Shown here: positions 1 through 12,583 of the stretch, one piece after another
Layout of the letters: every line of letters begins with the position of its first letter
How positions within the stretch are numbered: position 1 is the stretch's first letter
The notes under the pieces: generated by a model
Databases searched by the model: none
Told to the model about the DNA's origin: nothing
Seen by the model: only the letters and a program-made list of their open reading frames with translations
Translations under genes and position numbers: made by a program
DNA from: Mobula hypostoma
Taxonomy: Eukaryota
NCBI RefSeq assembly: GCF_963921235.1
Contig: NC_086108.1
Span: 18,166,001-18,230,000 of the forward strand
Direction of reading: 5' to 3'
DNA length: 64,000 bases

Positions 1-289
1 AATCAGTCAGATTATTATTCATTTGGTATCATTTTGATTATTGGGCTGAATCAGAGTGTTCCTCAGTAGATCTACCCATTAATCTGATGATGGGTCAATG
101 CAGTCATTCTTCATTCTGTTTATGGGTAATTAAATTCAATCATCAGTCTGATTATTGATCAGTAAAATTACTCGTGTTGTTCTGTAATATCAATTCACCT
201 TGTAGCACTTTGCCCCCAGTTCAATCAATGTCAGTGGAATCAACATGTACTTGATATGATCACTGGCCTTCCCTATCATCCTCCCTTTC

Positions 290-815
290 CTTGACCCTTG
301 CACTAGGAAGGCAACATGCCAATGTGGGTCACATTTATTTCTGCAAAAGTGCCTATCATTCCCTTTGTAGCACAGAAGAGGAATCCACCATAGATGAGTC
401 CATGATTATATTGAATGCATTGACTGATTTTTCGGTCACCATAGATCTCCCAGTCTTGTTTCTCCTCTCTTGTGTAGCAGAACCACAAGTGGTATTGCAA
501 AGCTGGATGCTCCTACCTTGCCCTGAAGAGCTAATCCTCTCAACAGTATCCAAAGCAGTGTTTCTTATGGAGAGGTGTTAGCCAAAGGAGATACCTGTAG
601 TTTCAGCCTTCCTATATTCCACCTGACACTAATCTATTCCCTTCCTGTCTATGCATTCTTAGCCTGGGGTGTGACCACCTCTTTAAATGTACTGGCTATG
701 AAGATCTCAGCCTCGCCAATGCTCTGATGTTACGATGGCTGCAGCTTCCACTTTGAAGTGCAACTTTCCAGTTGTGCAGCGGGAGACATTTCCTGCACAG
801 GGCTCACCCTCCAAC
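290..815 (-). mobile_element. Highly decayed CR1-like LINE 5'/ORF1-region remnant
   Basis: Stretches such as CCACAAGTGGTATT and GGGGTGTGACCACCTCTTTAAATGTACT resemble the reverse strand of CR1 5' regions as I recall them; no intact ORF. Confidence 0.35.
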
Positions 816-819
816 ACAT

Positions 820-1370
820 GAAATAGGAGCAAGAAAATAGACCTCGAGGCCCCTCGAGCCTGCCCCATCAATCGGTGTGATCATGGCTGATCTATGCTGG
901 ACTTTTTCTCTGCTAGTAAATAACCCTCAATTCAAACATGTTTCCAATATTTATCTAATAATAATAATAATAATAGGCATCTGTTAGTCTCATGAGACCA
1001 TGGATTTGCACCTTGGAAGGTTTCCAGGGCGCAGGCCTGGTCAAGGTTGTATGGAAGACCAGCAGTTGCCCATGCTACAAGTCTCCCCTCTCCACACCAC
1101 CGATGTTGTCCAAGGGAAGGGCATTAGGAGCCATGCACCGGTGTCGTCGCAGAGCAATGTGTGGTTAAGTGCCTTGCTCAAAGACACACATGCTGCCTCA
1201 GCCAAGGCTTGAACTAGTGACCTTCAAATCACCAGACAAACGCCTTAACCACTTGGCCATGTGCCAACACAATATTTATCTATCTTCACCTTAAATATAT
1301 CTAATGATTTGGCCTCCACCATGCTCACTCAGTGGTCCAGAGATTCGCTGTCCTCTGAAGACATTTCCTT
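820..1370 (-). mobile_element. Old CR1 3'-end remnant, split by the SINE at 958-1269
   Basis: ATAGGAGC...GCCCCTCGAGCC...GATCATGGCTGATC and TTAAATATATCTAATGATTTGGCCTCCAC match the reverse-strand 3' ends of CR1 copies at 25786 and 58778. Confidence 0.55.
958..1269 (-). mobile_element. Full-length tRNA-derived SINE with (TAT)n tail and 13-bp TSD
   Basis: Minus strand starts GTGTTGGCACATGGCCAAGTGGTTAAGGCG (A box) then AGTTCAAGCC (B box), with a central GTGTCTTTGAGCAAGGCACTTAACC domain. TSD CAATATTTATCTA at 945-957 and 1270-1282. Confidence 0.9.
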
Positions 1371-1543
1371 GACTTTCTACATCATATAAGGGAAATTGAA
1401 TAACTATTATTCACTTTCAAATTGCTCCCTTTTCATTGTTCAAATTAAACAAAACTAGCTACATGGGATGTCCTATTGACATTGGAACACTACCTCCACC
1501 AACTATAATTTTTTACTTTTTCTAAATCATTGAAACCACATGG

Positions 1544-2476
1544 TCATAGTCATAGTCATAGTCATACTTTATTGATCCCCGGGGAAATTGGTTTTCGTTA
1601 CAGTTGCACTATAAATAATTAAATAGTAATAAAACCATAAATAGTTAAATAGTAATATGTAAATTATGCCAGAAAATAAGTCCAGGACCAGCCTATTGGC
1701 TCAGGGTGTCTGACCCTCCAAGGGAGGAGTTGTAAAGTTTGATGGCCACAGGCAGGAATGACTTCCTATGACGCTCTGTGTTGCATCTCGGTGGAATGAG
1801 TCTCTGGCTGAATGTACTCCTGTGCCCAACCAGTACATTATGTAGTGGATGGGAGACATTGTCCAAGATGGCATGCAACTTGGACAGCATCATCTTTTCA
1901 GACACCACCGTCAGAGAGTCCAGTTCCATCCCCACGACATCACTGGCCTTACGAATGAGTTTGTTGATTCTGTTGGTGTCTGCTACCCTCAGCCAGCTGC
2001 CCCAGCACACAACAGCAAACATGATGGCACTGGCCACCACAGACTCGTAGAACATCCTCTGCATTGTCCGGCAGATGTTAAAGGACCTCAGTCTCCTCAG
2101 GAAACAGACACGGCTCTGACCCTTCTTGTAGACAGCCTCAGTGTTCTTTGACCAGTCCAGTTCATTGTCAATTCGTATCCCCAGATATTTGTAATCCTCC
2201 ACCATGTCCACACTGATCCCCTGGATGGAAACAGGGGTCACTGGTACCTTAGCTTTCCTCAGGTCTACCACCAGCTCCTTAGTCTTTTTCACAATAAGCT
2301 GCAGATAATTCTAGTTTCCTACCGTAGCCCTGTACTCAGCCTCATCTCCCTTGCTGATGCATCCAACTATGGCAGAGTCATCAGAAAACTTCTGAAGATG
2401 ACAAGACTCTATGCAGTAGTTGAAGTCCGAGGTGTAAATGTTGAAGAGAAAGGGAGACAAGACAGTCCCCTGTGGA
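1544..2476 (-). mobile_element. Rex1/Babar-type LINE, 5'-truncated 3' end
   Basis: ORF 1693-2292 has KKTKELVVDLRK, YKYLGIRID and FYESVVASAIMFAVVCW (RT thumb/DUF1891-like C-terminus); AATAAA followed by a (GACTAT)n tail at 1544-1573. Confidence 0.85.
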
Positions 2477-2689
2477 GGAATGAAGATATCAATCTGATCC
2501 TATTTGCCAATCAGCTGCCTTCTCTGCTTTGTAGCACATTTGACATCCTGCTGTTATCTCTGGAATGCTGCCTCCAAGCTCCATGAAGACATGCAGCTCA
2601 TACCTATCTCAATGCGAATCGTCTAGGAGTCTGCATATTCTCAATGCACGGAACAATGTGCTAGTGAGAAAGGCCACCCCTCCCCCTTA

Positions 2690-4835
2690 AGAGCAAGCCA
2701 GGGTCAATCCACGTAAAGCTGTGGGGCCTGTTAACATAACTGGTCAGGCGCTGAAGGACCATGCAGTCCAGCTGACAGAAGTTCTAACAAACATCAACAT
2801 CTTTCTGAAAGAGTTCCCTGTCCCCTCAGGCTTCAAGATGGCCACCATCATCCCAGTGCCCAAGAGGGCAACAGTAACCTGCCTCAGCGACTATCGTCCA
2901 GTGGTACCAACCTCAACAATAATGAAGTGGTTATAGTTAGTATTAAACCCCATCTTCCTGCTACATTGGACCCTTTCCAATTTGCTTATTGCTCAAGTCA
3001 GTCTACTGATGATGCCATAGCCTCTGCACTCCACTCCATCCTGTCCCATCAGGAAAATGGTGCCTCAAAGCCAGGATGCTGTTTATTAACTTTAGCTCTG
3101 CGTTTAGGACCTATATAGGATCCTGGTCAGACCCCACTTGGAGTACTGTGCTCAGTTCTGGTCACCTCACTACAGGAAGGATGTGGAAACTATAGAAAGG
3201 GTGTAGAGGAGATTTACAAGAATGTTGCTTGGATTGGGGAGCATGCCTTATGAAAATATGTTGAGTGAATTTGGCCTTTTCTCCTTGGAGCGTCGGAGGA
3301 TGAGAGGTGACCTGATGAAGGTGTATAAGATGAAGATTGATCGTGTGGATAGTCAGAGGCTTTCTCCCAGGGCTGAAGTGGCTAACACAAGAGGGCATAG
3401 TTTTAAGCTGCTTGGAAATAGGTACAGAAGAGATGTCAGAGGTAAGTTTTTTATGCAGAAGAGTGGTGAGTGCATGGAATGGGCAGCCGGCAACGGTGCA
3501 GGAGGCAGATACGACAGGGTCTTTCAAGAGACTTCTGGATAGGTACATGGAGCTTAGAAAAATAGAGGGCTATGGGTAACCCTAGGTAATTTCTTAAGTA
3601 AGTACATGTTCGGCGCAGCATTGTGGGTCAAAGGGCCTGTATTGTGCTGTAGGTTTTCTATGTTTAATATGATCATCTCTCAGAAGCTGGTGGGTAAACT
3701 GTCCTCGTTGGGGCTAAACAGCTCCCTCTCTCTGACTGGATCCTGGATAGAAAGGCTACAGTCAGTCTGTGTTGGCAGTAACATCTCTAGTTCCATCACA
3801 CTGAGCACTGACATCCCCCCAGGGCTGTGTGCTCAGCCCGCTGATGTTCACACTGATGACACATGACTATACTGCTAGATCCAGTTCAAACCGAATCATC
3901 AGGTTCACTGCTGACACAACAGTGCTTGGCCTCGTCAACATTGGTGATGAAGCGACGTACAGACTGGAGGTAGAGTGGCTTATGGAACTGTGTGAGCACA
4001 ACAATTTGAATCTCAGTGTGGATATGATGAGAGATGATTGGGGACTTTAGGAAGGTGTAGGCTGACCACTCCTCACTGTACATAAACTACTCCTCTGTGG
4101 AGAGAGTTCGGAGCACCAAGTTTTTGGGAGTGCACATAATGGACAATCTCATTTAGTCCCTCACACCACCTCTTTGGTCAAGAAAGCACAGTCTCCACTT
4201 CCTGAGGAGACTTATGTGAGTGATGCTCCCCCAGCCCTCCATTCCAACCAATTTTTATAAGAGTACCATCGAGAATGTCGTAACCAGCTGCATCACCTTT
4301 GGGTGTGGGAGCTGCAAGGCATCTGACTGCAAGATCTAAAAAAGATTATGAGGACTGCTGAGAGGATCATCAGAGTCTCTCTTTCACAAATTAGAGAGAT
4401 TTATCAGTACTGCTGTGTATGCACAGCCTTAACATTGTCAATAAACTCTCCCATCAGTCCCACAATCGCTTTGATCCCCTATCATCAGGCAGGAGGTAAT
4501 TTAGCATTAGTACAATGACTGTTATGATGGGAAACAGCTTCTTCCCCCAGGCTATGAGACTACTGAACTCCCTGCCATGACCCAAGTCTCATCAAATGTG
4601 AAGTATATAATGTGTAGAATTATACTGTTATCTTTTTAAAATTGTATTGTAAGTGAGCCTTATGCTAGTTGTTAATCTTCTGGAATATATTTTGTTATCC
4701 ATCAGTTTATTTGCGGTAATATTACTATGTGGTGTATGTAACTATATGTACTGTGGTGTGCACTTTGGTGTGGGGAACATTGTTGTGTTTGGTGGTTTTC
4801 ATATGTACAGTTGAATAACAACGAACTTGAATGTG
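2690..4835 (+). mobile_element. Decayed Rex1/Babar-type LINE, interrupted by CR1 at 3107-3666
   Basis: Fragments FKMATIIPVPK..LSDYRPV, LDPFQFAY, LSPLMFTLMTHD and FTADTTV in broken frames; Rex-type 3' UTR ending GAACTTGAA. Confidence 0.8.
3107..3666 (+). mobile_element. CR1 LINE 3' fragment nested in Rex1
   Basis: [13 protein letters not shown] / GLFSLERRRMRGDL motifs and TTTCTATG tail; the Rex1 sequence resumes at TTTAATATGATC. Confidence 0.9.
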
Positions 4836-5169
4836 ATATTTTTCCAATAGAATCGATTATCAGTCTGATTAGTGCTCATTGAGCCATTCAAAAGTCTGAA
4901 ACATTTATCATCCTGACTTCAGGAATAATTATTCAGTATAATTATCAGGAGTCAATCTAATTATTAGTGGAACATTCATGTGACAGGCTATCAGTCGCTG
5001 GATGCATTCATTGGTTTGACTGAATGTAATCAAAATAGTCTGTTTATTGCTTAACAGAATCATTCATTAATCTGATTATTAGTCAATGGAATTATTCATA
5101 AATTCAGTTATTCGTTTATAAAATCATTCATTAATCTGATCGAGTCAATAGTATTATTCATCAAATTGG

Positions 5170-6653
5170 CAGTCTGAAAAATTATAAAGGATTTTTTGAA
5201 AAGGATTTTTTGACTTATCCATTAGTGTGTCAGTAGAAAATTGCAAATTTTTACAAACTATTTTCCAAAAAAATTAAATGTTACAGAGAAATGTTTGTAT
5301 TTCATTAAAGAATGTAACATATTAAGTAACAGACTGCTTTTCAAATAAAAACTTACTCTCTTAGTAGGTACATGTATAGAGCATGTTAAACAAATGTAAC
5401 AAATAGGTGCTAATGGTTAATGACATAATGAGCTGAATGAGTTAAGCTAATGAACTGAAATAGAAATGGGGATAGAAGGAATTGAACTGGGCAAAGGACA
5501 ATGAAACTAATGGGTGAGAGTGTGGCAGATGTGACAGTTTAATCTTCAAATTGTCAATTCCTAAGCCATGAGCAACAGTGAGCATCGCCTCAAGACACAA
5601 GGTGGTTATCCTCCATCAGCAAAGTCTCTCCATAGCACAAGTTTTGTGGCAGACAGGAGTTTCAAGATGTATTGTCCAAGCTCTTCTGAAGAAGCACAAA
5701 AAATTGAGCAAGGTTGAAGACCAGAAGCAGTGAAAACTGAGTACATCAAACTGATATTCCTTCAAAATCGGAAGAAATCCAGCACTGATAGCAGCTCTGA
5801 ACTCTCAGAAACCCCTGGCAGTCAAGTACACCCCCTACAGTCCAAAGAAGTCTTGTCAGAAGTGGTCTTCATGGAAGAGTTGCTGCCTAAAAGCCATTCC
5901 TCCAAAGTGGAAACAAAACCAAGAGACATAAGGACTGAGGTGCTGAACAATGGCAGCTAGTATTCTGGACTGTTGATTGCAAGTTTGAAACTTTTGGCTC
6001 AAACAGGAGGTCATTTTTACATAGAAGAGCTGGAGAGTGTCTGCATGGATGAGTGCCTGCAGCCAACAGTGAAGTGAAGGTTCTTTGTAGGTTTTTTGCA
6101 AATGGATTTAGTAATCTTGTCAGAATTAATGGAATCCTCAATGCTGAGAAGTACAAGCCAATTCTGATCTATCATGCTATACCTTTAGGGACGTAGCTGA
6201 TGAGTCCCAAATTCATTTTGCAACAGGACAATGATCCCCAAAACATGGTCAAGGTCATAAAGAGTTATCAGTGAAGAAGACTTCTGCAACAGAAGGTATG
6301 GCCTCCACAGACCCCTGATCTCAATATCATTAATGTCCTCTGGTATTCCATGGAGAGTCAGAAGCAAGCGAGACTGCCAAAGTCTGCAGAACTGTGCAAG
6401 TTCTCAAAGATGCTTGGAACAAGCTATCAGCTGATTTTCTTATAAAGCTGCATGACAGTTTAAGAGAATTGATGCAGTTTTGAAGGCAAAGGGTGGTCAC
6501 AGCAAATATTGATTTGATTTAGTTTTTTTACTGTTCACTGCTGTTTATAGTATTTTTTTGATATTAAGGAACATTTCATTTCATTATTATTTTTGAAAGC
6601 ATCTTCACTTTACAGATTTTTTTTAAAGTGCCTAAGACTTTTGCCCAGTACTG
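5170..6653 (+). mobile_element. Tc1/mariner transposon with disrupted transposase (~5568-6511)
   Basis: Encoded FILQQDNDP (6212), WPPQTPDLNII (6299) and C-terminal KAKGGHSKY*. Right TIR GTGCCTAAGACTTTTGCCCAGTACTG at 6628-6653; left TIR not visible. Confidence 0.85.
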
Positions 6654-6825
6654 TGTGTGCATTCTTTGTTCCCACGAACAACAGAACATGTTTCCTTTCC
6701 CTTGCCACTTTTAGCAATTGTTCACTCTTATCACTCAGTCTTTTCAATGCTTTTAGTGTTTTAATGGAGGTACAGATATCACACGGAGTGATTTTTGTTT
6801 AATTTCTGACTTATATAAGTGGATT

Positions 6826-7190
6826 TTTCATTATGTGCTGTGTCGCTTGACATGGGCAATTGTGGTCTTTCCATAAGCACAGTTGTTCTTGGCAAGTTTT
6901 TATACAGAAGTGTTTTACCACTCTTTTCTTGTAGTGTCTTTTCAAGATGGGTGACCCCAGCCATTCTTCAGAGACTGGCTGCTAAGCACCAGTGGTCGCA
7001 TAACCAGAACTTGTGATATGTGCCAGCCGCTCACACGACCACCATCACCTGCTCCCGTTGTTTCACGTGACCCTGATCAGGGGATGCTAAACAGATGCTA
7101 CACCTTGCCCAAGCATGACCTACAGGCTGGTGGAGGAAAGGAGCACCTTACACCTCTTTGGTAGAGATGTGTCTCTACCCCACCACCCAA
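6826..7190 (-). mobile_element. RTE-derived non-autonomous retroposon (Bov-A-like 3' part)
   Basis: Minus strand AAGAGTGGTAAAACACTTCTGTATAAAAACTTGCCAAGAAC...CCCATGTCAAGCGACACAGCAC resembles the RTE/Bov-A module; GC-richer structured 5' part. Confidence 0.55.
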
Positions 7191-7254
7191 TATAAACAGT
7201 ATTTATTCATTATCCAGAGATGGCCTGTATTGCAGTATAATTCAGTTTATCACT

Positions 7255-7390
7255 CATAGAACATAGAATAGTACAGCACATTACAGGCCCTTTGGCCCAC
7301 AATGTTGTGCCGACCCTCAAACCCTGCCTCCCATATAACCCCCCCACCTTAAATTCCTCCATATACCTGTCTAGTAGTCTCTTAAACTCA
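7255..7390 (-). mobile_element. Very short CR1 (family A) 3' end with 8-bp TSD
   Basis: Reverse complement of the 3' end at 19390-19520; TCACTCAT at 7250-7257 and 7388-7395. Confidence 0.9.
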
Positions 7391-8359
7391 CTCATCAAAG
7401 TATTGATTAGAAGAACCCTCCAGTGGTCAGATAAAGATATCTATAGAAAAGTGAACAGTTTAATCGTGTTCAGTAGAGTTATTCATCAGGCTCAGGCTGA
7501 TTAGTGGACATATGGAAGTGTTCATTGATATCAACTTGCATGATTTGGTTAGTAACGTTCTTCATTGGTTTGATTACTACCAATGTGAGCCTTTGTTAGT
7601 TGCATCACTCATTGTCCTGATTATTGATTTGTGGAATTGCTCATCAATCTGACTGATTAGGTGAATTGTTCAGTGGTCTTAAGACAGCAAAATAATTTAA
7701 CAATATCATTTAATCAGATGACTTGTCAGAAGAACCACTCTTCAATGATTATTGCTAGGTAGAATCATATTTTTCTGACATTTGGGCAGCAGATCCATTT
7801 TCAGAACATTTGGATCAATTTTCAGAACGTATGTTGGCAAGTGTGATTAGAACAATGGTGAGATCACATACTGATCTGATTATAAATAAGTAAGATTATT
7901 TATTGGTCTAATTATTCACTGACAACTCTTTCATCAGCTTCATTATTATGCAGTGTAATTAATTATTTCTTTGTTGTTCCATGCAGTCACAGTGTGTGTA
8001 GATGCATCTTCTGTTAGATGAATAGATTGACGAATAAATCGTCAGCTCAGTTGCTGTCAGTTGATTCATACATTGATCTGATCAGTTTTTAATTTGTTTA
8101 CTGAATCATTCATCAACCTGATGAAGTCTCCACGGATCCAATTATTGTTTTGTGGAATAATTCACTCATCTGGTTTTGATAGGATGGATTTATTTATAAA
8201 TTAAATTATCAGCTAGTAGAATCATTAATTTATTTCATTATTAAGTTGTACGGAATGGAAACAGTCTCTTCACCCACCGAATCCTCACCAGTTATCATCC
8301 ACCTATCTACACTAATCCTATATTCATCTTATTTAACTCACCTACATTCCAATCTGTAC

Positions 8360-8530
8360 ATCTTCCCTGTGGAGTGTATGGGTTTCCTCCAAATAATCCA
8401 AAGACATGTTGGTTAGTACATTAATAGGTCATTCAGAATTGTTCCCTGATTAGGCTAGGGTTACACCAGGGGTAAATTGGAAGTTGCTTGTGATCGAAAG
8501 GCCTAATCTGCACCATATCTCTGAATAAAT
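8360..8530 (+). mobile_element. V-SINE/HE1-like SINE remnant
   Basis: GTATGGGTTTCCTCC..TCCAAAGACATG..GGTTAG..TTAATAGGTCATT resembles the V-domain; AATAAAT tail. Confidence 0.6.
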
Positions 8531-8674
8531 ATTATTGGTTAGCAGAATGATTACTTGATCAGTAGAATCATTCACCGCCTTAATTACTGGTCATAGATTT
8601 CATTCACTGTGTTGTCTCTTGGTCAATAGATTCTTTCCTTATTCGGACAACTTTTCAGCAGAATCATTCATTCA

Positions 8675-9789
8675 TATTCAGAAAGTTAGAAGGCACAGGA
8701 TCCAGGGAAGTTTGACCAGGTGGATTCAGAATTGGCTTGCCTGCAGAAAGCAGAGGGTGGTGGTGGAGGGAGTACATTCAGATTGGAGGATTGTGACTAG
8801 TGGTGTCCCACAAGGATCTGTTCTGGGACCTCTACTTTTCATTATTTTTATTAACGACCTGGATGTGGGGGTAGAAGGGTGGGTTGGCAAGTTTGCAGAC
8901 GACACAAAGGTTGGTGGTGTTGTAGATAGTGTAGAGGATTGTTGAAGATTGCAGAGAGACATTGATAGGATGCAGAAGTGGGCTGAGAAGTGGCAGATGG
9001 AGTTCAACCTGGAGAAGTGTGAGGTGGTACACTTTGGAAGGACAAACTCCAAGGCAGAGTACAAAGTAAATGGCAGGATACTTGGTAGTGTGGAGGAGCA
9101 GAGGGATCTCGGGGTACATGTCCACAGATCCCTGAAAGTTGCCTCACAGTTGGATAGGGTAGTTAAGAAAGCTTATGGGGTGTTAGCTTTCATAAGTTGA
9201 GGGATAGAGTTTAAGAGTCGCGATGTAATGATGCAGCTCTATAAAACTCTGGTTAGGCCGCACTTGGAGTACTGTGTCCAGTTCTGGTCACCTCACTATA
9301 GGAAGGATGTGGAAGCATTGGAAAGGGTACAGAGGAGATTTACCAGGATGCTGCCTGGTTTAGAAAGTATGCAATATGATCAGAGATTAAGGGAGCTAGG
9401 GCTTTACTCTTTGGAGAGAAGGAGGATGAGAGGAGACATGATAGAGGTGTACAAGATAATAAGAGGAATAGATAGAGTGGATAGCTGGCGCCTCTTCCCC
9501 AGGGCACCACTGCTCAATACAAGAGGATGTGGCTTCAAGGTAAGGGGTGGGAAGTTCAAGGGGGATATTAGAGGAAGGTTTTTTACTCAGAGAGTGGTTG
9601 GTGCGTGGAATGCACTGCCTGAGTCAGTGGTGGAGGCAGATACACTAGTGAAGTTTAAGAGACTACTAGACAGGTATATGGAGGAACCTAAGGTAGGGGC
9701 TTATATGGAAGGCAGGGTTTGAGGGTCCGCACAACGTTGTGGGCCAAGGGGCCTGTACTGTGCTGTACTATTCTATGTCTATGTCTATA
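8675..9789 (+). mobile_element. CR1 LINE family A, 5'-truncated, RT pseudogene
   Basis: [21 protein letters not shown] and RPHLEYCVQFWSP in ORFs 8619-9722, broken by stops; (CTATGT)n tail. Confidence 0.95.
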
Positions 9790-9883
9790 TTATTATTGTT
9801 AAATAAAACAAATTTTCTGTTTAAATATTGACAGGTGAAATAGTTTCTTTCATCTAGTTATGGCCCAGTATTTTCATTCATTC

Positions 9884-10860
9884 AACACACACAAAATGTT
9901 GGAGGAACTCAACAGTCAGGCAGCATCCATGCAAAAAAACAGTCGACGTTTCGGGCCAAAACCCTTCCGCAGGACTGGAGAAAAAAAAGCTGATGAGTAG
10001 GCTTGAAAGGTGGGGTAGGGGAGAGAGAAACACCAGGTAATAGGTGAAACTTGGAGGGAGAGGGATGAAGCAAAGAGCTGGGAAATTGATTGGTGAAAGA
10101 GACCATGGAATAAAGAAAAAGGTGGGGCGGGGGGGGAGGAGAACCAGAGTGAGGCGGTCATGGACAGACATATCGGAATGGGAATGAGAAGTGGAATTAA
10201 ACTGGGTGGCCACTGGGAAATCCCGATCCTGCATTTTCTGGGGGACGGAGCATAGATGTTCCATCCACCAGAACAAACGGGACCTTCCACTTCCAATTCC
10301 CATTCTGATATGTCCATCCACGGCCTCCTCCACTGTCGTGATAAGGCCACACTTAGTTTGGAGGAACAAGACCTTGCATTCCGTTTGGGTAGCCTCCAAA
10401 CTGATGGCATGAACATCAATTTCTCAAACTATCAGTCATGCCTCACCACCCCCAAAAAAACACTCATTTCACCATTTTCCATCCCCTTTTCCCTCTCTCA
10501 TATTATCTCCTTGCACGCCTATTTCCTCCCTCTGGTGTTCCTTCCCACCCCCCCCCCCTTTTTCTTTCTTCCATGGCCTTCTGTCTCTTTCACCAATCAA
10601 CTTCCCAGCTCTTTGCTTCGTCCCCCCCCCTCCAAGTTTCACCTATCGCCTGGTGTTTCTCTCTCTCCCCTTCCCACCCGCCCCCCCACCACATTTCGAA
10701 TCTACTCCTCACCCTTTTTTCCTTCAGTCCTGCCAAAGGGTTTCAGCCCAAGACGTCGACTGTGCTTTTTCCTATAGATGCTGCCTGGCCTGGTGAGTTC
10801 CTCCAGCATTTGGTGTGTGTAGCTCAGATTTCCAGCATCTGCAGATTTTCTCTTGTTTGT
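9884..10860. mobile_element. Penelope-like element 3' ends in head-to-head fold-back arrangement
   Basis: Both arms encode the GIY-YIG C-terminal segment (PVATQFNSTSHSHSDMSVH on minus; NSHSDMSIHGLLHC..LEEQDLAFRLGSLQTDGMNINF on plus) followed by a pLTR with a decayed hammerhead motif. Confidence 0.85.
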
Positions 10861-12253
10861 GATATTTATTCACTCATTCATTCTTTCATTCATTGATCCA
10901 TTGTTTTGGTCAGTGGACTCATTTAACAATATAATTATTGCTCAGTAACATCATTCATCAGCCTTGATTATTGCTCAGGAATGTAATCCTCCAGATAATT
11001 ACTGATCATACTTTTAGTGAATAGCATAGTGTTTGTATTGATTACAGGGTGATTTCTTTCTGGGACTGATTATAGTCGGCAAGATCATTCATCACTTGGT
11101 TATTTGATGGTGGAATTATTTATCAATCTGTTTTTCAGTCTGCAGAGTAAGTTCAAGTTTAGACCATAAGACCAGAAGACAAAGAAGCAGAAGTCAGCCA
11201 TTGAGTCTGTTTTGCCATCTTATCATGAGCTGATCCATTCTCCCATTTAGTCCCACTCCCCTGCCTTCTCACCATAACTCTTGATGCCCTGGCTACTCAG
11301 ATACCTATCAATCTCTGCATTAATTACACCCAATGACTTCACCTCCACTGCTGCCCGTGGCAACAAATTCCATAGACTCACCATCCTCTGGCTAAAATAA
11401 TTTCTTCGCATCTCTGTTCTGAATGGGCGCCCTTCAATCCTTAAGTCCTGCCCTCTCGTACTAGACTCCCCCATCATGGGAAACAACTTTGCCATATCCA
11501 CTCTGTCCATGCCTTTCAACATTCGAAATGCTTCTATGAGGTCCCCCCTCAATATTCCAAATTCCAAGGAATACAGTCCAAGAGCGGACAAACGTTCCTC
11601 ATATGTTAACCCTCTCATTCCAGGAATCATTCTAGTGAATCTTCTCTGTACCTTCTCCAATGTCAGCACATCCTTTCTTAAATAAAGAGAACAAAACTGC
11701 CCACAGTACTCAAAGTGAGGTCTCACCAGCAAGTTATAGAGCCTCAACATCACATCCCTGCTCCTATACTCTATTCCTCTAGAAATGAATGACAAAATTG
11801 CATTCGCCTTCTTCGCCACTGACTCAGCCTGGAGGTTAACCTTAAGGGTATCCTGCACGAGGACTCCCAAGTCCCGTTGCATCTCAGAACTTTGAATTCA
11901 TTTAAATAATAGTCTGCCCGTTTATTTCTTCTGCTAAAGTGCATAACCATACACTTTCCAACATTGTATTTCATTTGCCACTTCTTTGCCCATTCTTCCA
12001 ATCTATCCAAGTCTCTCTGCAGACTCTGTTTCCTCAGCACTACCGGCCCCTCCACCTATCTTTGTATCATCAGCAAACTTAGCCACAAAGCCCTCTATTC
12101 CATAATCCAAATCGTTGATGTACAACGTAAAAAGAAGCGGCCCCAACACGGACCCCTGTGGAACACCACTGGTAACCGGCAGCCAACCAGAATAGGATCC
12201 CTTTATTCCCACTCTCTGTTTCCTGCCAATCAGCCAACGCTCTATCCATGTAT

Positions 12254-12583
12254 TGTGAGTGCATTGTGAGTGTTCCCTTGACAACAGCATCTGCAGATTA
12301 TTTTGTGTTTATGATTTGCTACTCAGCTGTGAAGCCTCTTCAAGGTATGCCTACCCTGAAGAAATTTAAATCCTCTCTTCCACGGGAGTTCAGTGAGACC
12401 CTCTCTCATTGCTCCCCCTCTGTGATCTCTGCCTCTCTCCGACTCTTCGCAACTACCAGCATTCTTCAAACCCTCCCCAAAGTTCTTCCTTCAGTCCTGA
12501 CGAAGGGTTTCGGCCCGAAACGTTGACTAATCTTTTCAACTGTTGCTGACTGACCTGCTGAGTTCCTCCAGCGCACTGCAAGT
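12254..12583 (+). mobile_element. 330-bp non-coding retrozyme-like / PLE pLTR-derived insertion with 15-bp TSD
   Basis: TSD GCTCTATCCATGTAT at 12239-12253 and 12584-12598; the empty site is present once in the sister CR1 at ~59883. Contains a hammerhead motif and is permuted relative to other pLTR copies. Confidence 0.8.
12493..12528 (+). ncRNA. Minimal type I hammerhead ribozyme motif, core intact
   Basis: AGTC-CTGACGA-A-GGGT-TTCG-GCCC-GAAA-C-GTT-GACT: helix I AGTC/GACT, CUGANGA box, stem II with UUCG loop, GAAA, loopless helix III, GUU triplet. Confidence 0.75.

Noticed and set aside
1240..1269. tRNA gene
   Set aside because: The A/B boxes belong to a SINE head followed by body, tail and TSD; no full cloverleaf.
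6990..7190. HDV-like ribozyme at the 5' end of the RTE-derived repeat
   Set aside because: Only a possible P1 pairing is visible; P3/L3/P1.1 could not be assigned in this decayed copy.
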